Positions 30,653 through 40,900 of a stretch of DNA of 64,000 nt are shown piece after piece. Origin of the DNA: an uncultured bacterium (GTDB lineage: Bacteria > Margulisbacteria > WOR-1 > CAVSGV01). The stretch lies in contig OY969425.1 in assembly GCA_963699255.1 (NCBI GenBank), forward strand, positions 6,070 to 70,069. Direction: 5' to 3'. A program made the translations under genes and the position numbers. The first letter of the stretch is position 1; every line of letters starts with the position of its first letter. The notes beneath the pieces were generated by a model. It did not search any database, was not told where the DNA came from, and worked only from the letters and a program-made list of their open reading frames with translations.

Positions 30653-32458
30653 ATGGACCCTATTAATAGTATATCGAATAATTCCCTGTTATATCAGCAG
30701 AGCGATACGACCTCCTCGGCGCAGGATACAACAAAAAAGGCAAAGGTCAAGGTCGTGCCTCAGCCAAACCCCCATCCCCAAATTGACGCGTTCAACAAAC
30801 CGGTGTTCGGGACCGGGGACATTTATTTTGTCGACAAAATCGAATGGCAGCCTTTCGGGAACGAAGTGTGGAACATAAAGGATTTCGGGAACGGGAACGA
30901 TCTTGTCAATAAGAGCTCTGTCGGGCTCGGGTTGGGCGCGAACCTGACAATTCCCAGCATCGGACTTCTCAATGCTTTATCGGTGAATTATGATAACGCC
31001 GATTACACGTACGGAGGGGGCGACGCCGGGAACAACAGGAACTTCAGCTTAAACTTGCAGACGCTGATCCCCGAAAAAAAATATCTCGATAAGGTCTTTC
31101 CATCAATAAGCGGCGACCCGCTGTTCAAGGGCAAGGAATGGTACCAGCAGCCGGCAGAAGCGCTCAGGATGTTGTGGAGATGGCCGTCCTACCTGAAAGA
31201 TCAAGTGGATGGTCTTTCGGACGGCTGGAAGGCGGTCGGCATGCTTGCGGACATTCCGCTGACCGTATTAAAATTTGCCGCCGAGGATATCCCGAATTCG
31301 CTCATCGGCGGGCAGGTAAGATATTCATTCATTGATAACAGCGAGAGGGATATCCCGAACTTTTATGATCCGTCCGTGAAAGCCGCGGGCATTAACTTGA
31401 ACGCGTACTGGGCCCTGGGCAATTCTTCTTTTATAACGACTTCATACGAGCGCAGGCTGGGCACAAAGGAGTACACGCTTGGGCTTCCGCACAGGTCCGA
31501 CGACAGGAACTGGGCGGTCCGCTTTGACGCGCCGAACATTCTGGATGAGAACTGGGGACTTTCTTTCCTGAGGCTCCATCCGTGGGCGGAGTTCAGGAAA
31601 GGACGGGATCAGCTGCAGATATCCTCCAGCTCCACTGTCACAACAACGGAAACGGACCCGATAACCCTGGTGGAATCAGACACGACGAATAATGTGTCCG
31701 GCAGGGCGGCCGAAATACAGATCGCGTATTCAAAGCTCAGCGGCGGGGTCAACATGTATCTCTTTGATAACAGGCTGGAGGCGGGAGTGGCACTTTCAAA
31801 AGAGACGCGCCAGATGCAGAAGGACAGGCAGACCACCGAATATCATCTGACCTACGGGCCGGCGACCTTGAAATACTCGCAGATCCAGAACCCGATAATG
31901 TTCTACCATATGAACACGAACCTGCCGGAAGAACAGAACAGGTTCGAATTTGAATTCGATCCAAGGTACTACACTGGCAGTGCCGGGCAGTTCATTCCCA
32001 GCGTGGTCATCGGCTATGAGAAAACATGGGTGGATAACGGCGGTTTGCGTACCATTAAGGACAATTTCCCGTATTTCGGCATAAAGTTCTCATTGAGGCT
32101 GTCCGGCAGGAAGCAAAAACAGGCGGTATGCAACTACGGCAATGAACAGTTCATTAACGCTTCGGACGTTACTAACATCATGGGGAACAATAAATACACC
32201 TCGGACAGGTATCTTACGTATAAGATCGTGCAGAACTTGAAGATCGATCATGAAAAAGCACTGAAGACATGCATCTACAACATGTTGCCGAACGCCGATG
32301 ATATAACAAAAGCCAAGGACAAGGAAAGAGCGAAATTAGATGACTACATAAAGGACTTCAAAACAATAGTCAGGCAGAAAGGCCTTGCTTCTGATGAGGC
32401 GACAGCAAAGAAAACCGAGATAGATAAGTACATAAAGGAGCTGTCAACTACCAAATGA
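30653..32458 (+). CDS. hypothetical protein (601 aa)
   Basis: AAGGAG RBS. No recognisable domain. Confidence 0.6.
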   Translation: MDPINSISNNSLLYQQSDTTSSAQDTTKKAKVKVVPQPNPHPQIDAFNKPVFGTGDIYFVDKIEWQPFGNEVWNIKDFGNGNDLVNKSSVGLGLGANLTIPSIGLLNALSVNYDNADYTYGGGDAGNNRNFSLNLQTLIPEKKYLDKVFPSISGDPLFKGKEWYQQPAEALRMLWRWPSYLKDQVDGLSDGWKAVGMLADIPLTVLKFAAEDIPNSLIGGQVRYSFIDNSERDIPNFYDPSVKAAGINLNAYWALGNSSFITTSYERRLGTKEYTLGLPHRSDDRNWAVRFDAPNILDENWGLSFLRLHPWAEFRKGRDQLQISSSSTVTTTETDPITLVESDTTNNVSGRAAEIQIAYSKLSGGVNMYLFDNRLEAGVALSKETRQMQKDRQTTEYHLTYGPATLKYSQIQNPIMFYHMNTNLPEEQNRFEFEFDPRYYTGSAGQFIPSVVIGYEKTWVDNGGLRTIKDNFPYFGIKFSLRLSGRKQKQAVCNYGNEQFINASDVTNIMGNNKYTSDRYLTYKIVQNLKIDHEKALKTCIYNMLPNADDITKAKDKERAKLDDYIKDFKTIVRQKGLASDEATAKKTEIDKYIKELSTTK

Positions 32459-32497
32459 TGTTAGAAAAAGTAAGGGGTGTAAAAGGGGGAATAAGAT

Positions 32498-34438
32498 ATG
32501 CCTATTAGCGCATTATCATCGGACTCAACAAGCACGGTAAAGCCGGTTATTTTAAATAATAATTTAGCAAAATCTGATTCGACAAAGACGGATTCAACGT
32601 ACGTCATGCCGCTGGTCTACCCTGACGGCACTTTCAACCAGAAACCGGCTAAAGGGAAAAAAGAGGCAAATACCTGGGGGATAACTCCTCTCATTACCGA
32701 GGATCAGAACAGGAATGGCGGCACTGTAGGGGCTAATGTGGATCTCTGGCGCTTGATGTCGAAGGACGATAAGGGCACTTTTGACTTCGGCGTTGAGAAC
32801 AGGATGGGCAAGGATCTCAGCACCAATAAGAACATGTTGAGCAAAGATCTTAATGTATACGCATATATTGATCCGGGCGTGTGCAAGATCGGGACGTTCA
32901 ATAGGAACCTGAAATTCCTTGGCGAGCTTCAGATAAGGCCGACCGTGGACCTGAATTACGGCTATAACTCAGAGTTCAAAACGAACAGACTTGATGGTTT
33001 CGGGTCGTTCGCAATGGGGCTTAATAAACCGTTCCAGTCCGACAAGTTCAAACTTGTCAATTACTTTGGCTTTACTGTGGCTTATTCCGGAAGCGCCGCG
33101 CTGAGCGGAAAAAAGATGGATGTTCTCCTGGGAAATTATGAGGATAACGGGGAGGCGGCGGACAGGGAATTATCGGTGAAAACAGAGATACGGTTCGCGC
33201 CGAAACCGGGTTCAAGTATCTTTGATTTCGCGGACATATATATGAAGAACAATCTTGGGAGGGACCCCTTCAATCCGTATCTTACTTCGAGAGAGAAATT
33301 CAGGCTCGGGGGGTATCTTCAGCGTCGACAGGAGCAGGTTTATCCTTGACGTGGAGGCTTATAAGGCGCCTTCATATTATGCGGGTGATCCTTACAGCAA
33401 GAAGCTTGACCTGGATGCGTTCCTCAGATATCAAATAGTTAATTGGGATAATAAGAAGAGCGGAGAGAACAGGAGATCCGTGGTCATTACCGGGGATGTG
33501 TCCTCGACCGGTATCTTCGGATGGTTGAACAAGGGATATCCATTTTCGCCCATTCTTTTGGAGCTTACCGCGAATATCGACCTTGGCTGGGGCCATATCA
33601 ATGGATCATATCAACATATATTTAAAAGCAAACATGTGAACGATGGACCGGTAGAGCTGATCCAACCGGGGCTTCAGACCGTGACAGCCCAATGGAACGG
33701 CATCTCGGTGGATATGTCCGGCGGGCCGTACCAGACCACGAAAGAGGTAAGTCTTACAGCGGAGAAAATCTATGCGGATCCTAACTCCAAGCCGCAGATC
33801 ACCATAAATGCGGGTAATGTGGATTATCAGATAAGAGCCTTAGGACGGGGCCGGATGCGATCGGTGAAAATGCTCTGACCACGTGGCAGGACGGCGGATC
33901 GGCTCCTGTTAAACTATATGTAAGGAGCGTAAAGCTTATTGACAATGCCCATAACCGTATCTGGGGCCTTAATTCTGCCGGAAAATGGGTACCGCTTTCA
34001 GGGGCTCAGCCTACAACGTCGCCGGAAATCCTGCCGGAATCGAAATTTAATCTCTCCGGCGGATCGCGAACATTCACTTTTCCGGCGGATATGTGGTCAA
34101 GCCTCTTAAGCGATGGAACAAGAAGTTTTACCGTGAAAGTGGAATACGGCGCTGATATTTCAAAGCTTCCCCCAGATATAAATGCTCTTAAAAAATACAC
34201 CTCGGGGAGCAACAGAGTATTGGTCTGGGATCCAGATCAAGGTGTCGGGTATGTGCATGATAATTACGTTAGGTGGGACGCTCAAGGCGGATGGGCAGCG
34301 TATCATTATGATGACATCAACAGGATCGTAGTTGATCCGTATGACCCGGCGCAACCGAACGATCCTAATACGAACCCGTATTATGTCGGGCTCATGAAAC
34401 TGTCGACGATATTCCTTGGAACTACATTGCAGTATTAA
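32498..34438 (+). pseudogene. hypothetical ~645-aa gene split into three ORF fragments by two +/-1 shifts at G-runs
   Basis: Fragments are 32498..33349, 33255..33878 and 33826..34438. The reading frame continues across ctcGGGGGGTatc at ~33309 and acGGGGcc at ~33856. The third frame stays open upstream of the listed 34091 start (…DAIGENALTTWQDGGSAPVKLYVRSVKL…). Confidence 0.5.
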
Positions 34439-34443
34439 AAGGC

Positions 34444-34459
34444 CCGCAATCGATTGCGG
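34444..34459. other. perfect 16-bp palindrome, CCGCAATCGATTGCGG
   Basis: Read directly from the sequence, 5 nt after the stop at 34438. It could be a terminator stem or a protein-binding site. Confidence 0.5.
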
Positions 34460-34546
34460 TGCCTCAGGAATAGGAGTAAAATATACATATATATGTAAAG
34501 GCCGGAAATGAAGGAAAACCGCGGGTAACCTGCCCTTGGCGGGTTT

Positions 34547-34984
34547 TTGGTCAGGAAGGATAATATGCGCATAAAAAATTTATTGATAGGGTTAATGACG
34601 GTAATGCTGACGGCGATGCTGTCATCTGCCGCGTTCGCGGTGCTGGATCCCGCGTCAGGCACTTCAACCCCGAACGGTGATTTTATTTTTGTCCCCAACC
34701 AGACGAACACCGCGTCGATAGAGGTAGTAAGGACGTCCGATGATGCTGCGGTGCAGGCGATCAACGTTGCAAGCGGAACCCCGGCCAGCATGGCGACTTC
34801 CCCGGACGGAAAAACCCTTTTTGTCGTCGTTGCCGGAGCTACAGGAAGCAGGGTAAGGGCCTACAGCATAGGTTCCACAGAGCCTTACTTCTTTATCCTA
34901 TACGGTACTGAGCTCCACCTACACCGCAGGAAGGCAGTGCGCCATCACCCCCGACGGAAAATACCTTTATGTGGCGAACTATGA
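34547..34984 (+). CDS. N-terminal fragment of the giant protein (signal peptide plus YVTN-like beta-propeller repeat)
   Basis: MRIKNLLIGLMTVMLTAMLSSAAFA is a signal peptide. The frame of 34971..43685 is open from 34872 and reads …STYTAGRQCAITPDGKYLYVANYDD, which continues the same repeat type. A -1 shift near 34880-34895 is implied. Confidence 0.45.
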   Translation: MVRKDNMRIKNLLIGLMTVMLTAMLSSAAFAVLDPASGTSTPNGDFIFVPNQTNTASIEVVRTSDDAAVQAINVASGTPASMATSPDGKTLFVVVAGATGSRVRAYSIGSTEPYFFILYGTELHLHRRKAVRHHPRRKIPLCGEL

Positions 34985-37900
34985 TGATTCATTCGCGGGC
35001 GCAGGCAGGAGGGTTTACATACTTGATGTTTCAAATCCTTCAGCAATGACCGTTGCGGGCAGTTTCCAGGTCGCCGCTTCGGATTCCACGGTCAACCTCT
35101 GGGGAATAGCCATAAAACCGGACGGCACAAGGCTTTATGTGGGAGACAGGTACAACTACTACGGTTATTACAAGGTGTGCGTCTACAACATAGCGGGTGC
35201 GAACAGAACAAGTCCCCAGCATGTTACGGACATAAACCTTGGCACGACCAAGAACCCGACCTATCTTGCCGTGAATACGGACGGGAACAGGTTATTCGTG
35301 AAAGTGGATGAGACAGCGGATCCGGGCGACGGCGCCAGAAAAGACGTTGAAATGTACGATATTTCAGGCCCCACGCCTGTGCTTATGGCGGAGGTTTATA
35401 AGATAACGGGAAATAATTACAGAAGCTACCTTCCCGGGGACCATCTTCCAACCGGCAACGATCTGGACACGAGGAACGGCAGCGAGGGTATGGCATTAAG
35501 CCCCAACGGCTGGTTCATGTATTTTTCAAATTTTAACGGGCCTTCCGGCGACGGGAGCCTTTACTATCGGGATACTTTATACGGCTCTTCGATCGCTAAT
35601 TTAACGAACGGTTTTGACAGGACAAATCCGGGGGACATCTGGGTAAGCTGGGGCGGATGCACACAGGAGTCCCCGGCCATCTGGAGCGGATGGCATTCTT
35701 CCGACGGCATCATCGCCACAAGAAACAATAAAGTTTATTTTACTTACAGCGATGTAAGCGTGACCCCGGAATATCTCAGCGTGCCGACGACGACCGACGC
35801 GAATATTCCCCCGACAGCGCCGAAAATAACCTATCCTCTGCCGCAAGCTACTAATGTTTCCGGTTTCATTACCTGGGAGCCTTCGCTGGATGACGGCATC
35901 GGTCCTCACGGATTAACATACACCGTTGAAACCATAGAAGCTTCGACTCTGGAAGGCGGAACAACCGCCTGGAATCACATGGCTTACACCGCGACGGGCG
36001 AGGTATATACGCCTCTTATCGGAGTCAAGCCCGGCGGAACGTATTATGCCAGAGTGCAGGCTTTTGACGGCACATATACCAGCCCATGGTCCTATACGGG
36101 GCCGTTCACCATGGATGCCAATTTCCTTTTGCCACCCACATGGGAGAGCTCTTATCTGATCACATCCAGAGAAGCGGTGATCGACTGGGCAAGTGTTGCG
36201 GCGGCCGACAGTTACATTATCCAGTATAGGATAACAGGCGAAGCGACCTGGCACAGCACGTCTGCTATAGCAAGCACATACAGGTATAATTCGACAGATC
36301 CAAATCCGAACTATAGGCTTACGAACCTTACTCCGAGCGCGACCTATGAGGTGAATTTAATCGCGGTTAGGAGCGGGGTCAAAAGCGTCCCGTCTTCAAA
36401 GCCTTATGTTTCTTTCTACACGCTGGAAGAGCCGTGGGTGAGCCACGCCAGGGTCACGTCGACAGAGGCATATATATTGTGGGGACCTGAGGTAAGCACA
36501 TTGGAGCTGAATGTTCCGAACGCTGTCAATTATGAATGCTGGTACAGGATACAGAATGCGCCTGTGGACTGGACAAGAGTCACATGGCCTTCCGGAAAGC
36601 AGGACAGTACAACAATGACAGTGTTGAACGCCAAGCTGAGCGGCTTAACGGCGTCCACCACATATGAGGTCAGGATGAGGACCGTAGATGCATATGGCGG
36701 GCGCTCTCTCTGGTCGCCAATTCATGATGTGTACACGATGGAGCGGCCGTGGGTGAGCCACGCAAAGGTCACATCAACAGAGGCGTATATATTGTGGGGA
36801 CCCGAAGAAAGCACTTCTTTTAATATACCCAATGCCGCCAGCTATCAATATCAGTATATGAAGAAAACGGATACCTCATGGACCACCGGTCCCGAGCCTC
36901 TCAGCAAGAGAGACGATGGAACTATGCCCGTATTGAATTTTAAGCTGAGCAATTTAACGGCGTCAACCACATATGAAGTTCAGATGAGAGCGTTGGATGT
37001 CTATGGCCGCACTTCCGACTGGTCAGCGACGGATGAAGTGTATACTCTTGAGAGCCCGTGGGTGAGCCACGCCAAGACGTCAACGAACGAATCGTACATA
37101 TTGTGGGGTTCCTCGACGAGCTTTGAAGTTAGGAACGCCACTACCTACGAAGCAAGAGCCAGAATAACATCCAGCGCTTCGTGGGATGCGGTCCCGATCA
37201 AAGGGGTGCCTCGATATAATCGCGATGACGGCACCATGTCGCCGACGTTAAACATCAAATTAAGCTCGTTGCTCGGATTTACTCCGATAGTAAACACTAC
37301 ATATGAGGTCAGGATGAGGGCGAGAAATGCCGGCGGAGCATCTGACTGGTCCGCCACAAATGAAGTGTATGTGCTGGGGACCCCGTGGGTAAGCGCCGCG
37401 AAGGTCACATCGAAAGAGGCGTATATATTGTGGGGGCCGGTAGGCGAGACCGGGCTGGATGTGACCGGAGCTACAAGTTATCAGTGCTGGTACAGGGTGC
37501 AGAATGCGCCTGTGGACTGGACAAAGGTCACATGGCCTGTCGGCAAGCAGGACGATAGGACAATGGCAACGTTGAACGCCAAGCTGAGCGGCTTAACGGC
37601 GTCCACCACATATGAGGTCCAGATGAGGGCGGTTGGATCAGGAGGATACTCTGACTGGTCGCCTATCTATGATGTGTTCACATTTGAGCGGCCCTGGGTG
37701 AATCATGCGAACGTCAAAGCGACAGAAGCATACATATTATGGGGGCCTGAAGAAAGCGCTTCTCTTAATATACCCAATGCCGCCAGCTATGTGTATCAAT
37801 ACAGGAAGCCGGCGGATACTTCATGGACCAGCGGTCCCGAGCCTCTAAGCAAGCAGGACGATGGGACCATGCCCGTGTTGAATTTTAAGTTAACGGGCTT

Positions 37901-40900
37901 GACGGCGTTGACCACATATGAAGTTCAGATGAAAGCGCTGGATTCTATCGGCCGCAGCTCAGACTGGTCCGCCACAAACGAGGTGTTCACACTTGAGTGC
38001 CCGTGGGTGAGCCACGCCAAGACGTCAACGAACGAAGCGTACATATTATGGGGTTCCACGACGAGCTTTGAAGTGATAAACGCCACGACCTACGAAGCCA
38101 AAGCCAGAATAGCATCCAGCGCTTCGTGGGCTTCCATACCGTCGATAGGGGTTCCGCGATATAACCGCGATGATGCCACCATGTCTCCTACGCTGAACAT
38201 CAAACTAAGCAAGCTGCTTGGTTATGCTCCGACTACCGGCGTTACCTATGAGGTAATAATGAGGGCGGATGGACCGGGAGGATACTCCGACTGGTCGGCC
38301 ACACATGAGGTGTTCATGCTTGAGAGTCCATGGGTGGGGCACGCCAAGGTGGCGACCAATGAGGCGATAATATTGTGGGGCGCCACGACCAGTTTCGAGG
38401 TTCAAGGGGCTACTAGCTATCAGGCTATGGCATGCGCCAAGAACGGGGCATGGCAGCCGATAGTGAGCGTGCCTAACTTTAATATCGATGATGGGACCAT
38501 AAGCCCGACGGCTACAAGTATGTTCAATATCAAATTAAGCAAGTTGCTCGGATCAGCTCCGACACTGAACACTACTTATGAAGTAATGATGAGAGCGGTC
38601 GGATCCGCGGGTTACTCCGACTGGTCAGCCACTCATGAGGTATATATATTGGGGGCCCCATGGGTAAGCCACGCTAATGTTACAGCAACGCAGGAATATG
38701 TGTTATGGGGTCCGATAGGCCAAAGCGGCTTGAATGTGACCGGCGCGGTAAGTTATGAATATCAATACAAGAGAAAGATAGATACTTCATGGATCGGCGG
38801 CTCCGAGCCTCTCAGCAAGAGAGATAATATTTTGATGAGTTGCTTGAACTTCAGGTTGACCGGTTTGACGGCGTCAACCACATATGATGTTCAGGTGAGG
38901 TCGGTCGGGACATACGGTCGCTCCGACTGGTCTGCCACAGATGAAGTGTACACTCTTGAAAGCCCGTGGGTGAGCTACGCTAACATAACAACAAATGAAG
39001 CATCCATATTGTGGGGTTCAACGTCGAGCTTTGAAGTGATAAATGCGGCAACATATGAAGCTAAAGCCAGGATACAGGGCGGCGCTTCGTGGGATACCAT
39101 CTCGTCCATAGGTGTGCCGCGATATAACCGCGATGATCCAACTATGGCTCCAACATTGAACATAAAATTAAGCAAGCTGCTCGGAATTGCTCCGACATCG
39201 GGCGTTACTTATGAAGTAATTATGAGAGCGGATAATGCCGGCGGAGTTTCAGACTGGTCAGCCACAGCTGAGGTGTTCATGATAGGGACCCCGTGGGTAA
39301 GCCACGCGAAGGTTTCGTCTAAGGAAGCTTATGTGTTGTGGGGACCGATAGGTCAAAGCGGTCTGGATGTGACCGGAGCCTCATCTTATGAATGCCGATA
39401 CAGGATAAAGGGAGCGCAGGTGCCGTGGACAACGAAGATCGAGCCTCTCGGCAAGCAGGACGATCCGACAATGCCTGTATTGAACTTCGAGCTTAGCAAT
39501 TTAACGCCGTCCACAACATATCAGATCCAGATGAGGGCGGATGGAACAGGAGGGAACTCCGGCTGGTCGGCAACAGATGAGGTGTATACTCTGGAGACCC
39601 CGTGGGTGAACCATGCGAACGTCAAAAAGACAGAAGCATACATAATATGGGGATCGATAAGCGGAGGGTTGGACGTTCCCAACGCCGCCTATTACAAATA
39701 TCAATACAAGAAGCTGTCGTCCGCGGTATGGATGAGCGGTACTCAGCCTCTCGGCATGAAAGACGATCCATCAATGGCCGTGTTGAACTTCAGGCTGGCT
39801 GGATTAACGGCATCGACCTCGTATGAGGTCCAGATGAAGGCGGTAGACGCCCTCGGCGGCGAATCCGACTGGTCGGCCATTGATTATTTCATAACGATAC
39901 AAGGCCCGTGGTGGATAGATGTAAGCCATGTAACCGGAACATCCGCTCTTATTTCCTGGGATAATACGGCTCCGGGAGTGACACAGTATGATCTTAGGTA
40001 CAGCACGGCCCCGTCGGCGGAACTCGGGACAGCGGTCCTTACTACGGATGCCCAGCTTGCCGTCACCGGTCTTAGTACGAATACACAGTATTACGCGAAA
40101 GTGAGGGCGATAACCGCTGCCGGCCCGAGCAGCTGGACGAGTGTTGCGCCCTTCTTTACAAATCCTGTTGTAGGCCCGTCATGGATAGCTGCTTTCAATA
40201 CGACAACAACAGCAACAATGGTCACGTGGGAAGGTGTATCCGGCGCAACATCGTATGAAGTGAATTACGGGATAAATACCATGCCCATGGTGTGGACTTC
40301 CTGGGCTCCGTCGCCGCAGGATCAGAATTACGGCGGTCCTATTACAGGATTGAACCCGAGGACATGGTATAACCTGAGGGTCAAGCTGCACAGCGGCGCA
40401 AGCGCAAGCGAGTGGTCACCCACGGCGTTATTTTATACGATACCCGCTCCGACCGGTGTTACACAGATAGGCTCCACCGTGACCACAGCGACCATTACAT
40501 GGGAGCCCGTGGACATGGGCGGAGGAACGCCCGCACCCGCTTACGAGATAAGCTGGGGCGTGGATGCTACTGCTTCCGGAAGCGGTGATGCCGTAACGGG
40601 CAACATTAATTATACTATGACAGGATTAACGACCGGCTTAACATATTATGTGACGGTCAGGGCACGCGAGAGCTCCAATCCTTCCGATGGATACAGCGAT
40701 TGGTCCCCGTATCCGGCACTGCAGGTAGTGGCATCGGGAACCATGGGTCCTGTCGCTCCAGCGTGGTCAAGCCATTACCTGGTCACTTCGAATGAGGCGG
40801 TGGTGAACTGGGGAAGCGTTGCACTGGCGGACCATTATATCGTGCAATATAAGAAATTGACCGATGCGACCTGGGCCAGCGTAGAGGTGCTAAGCACATA

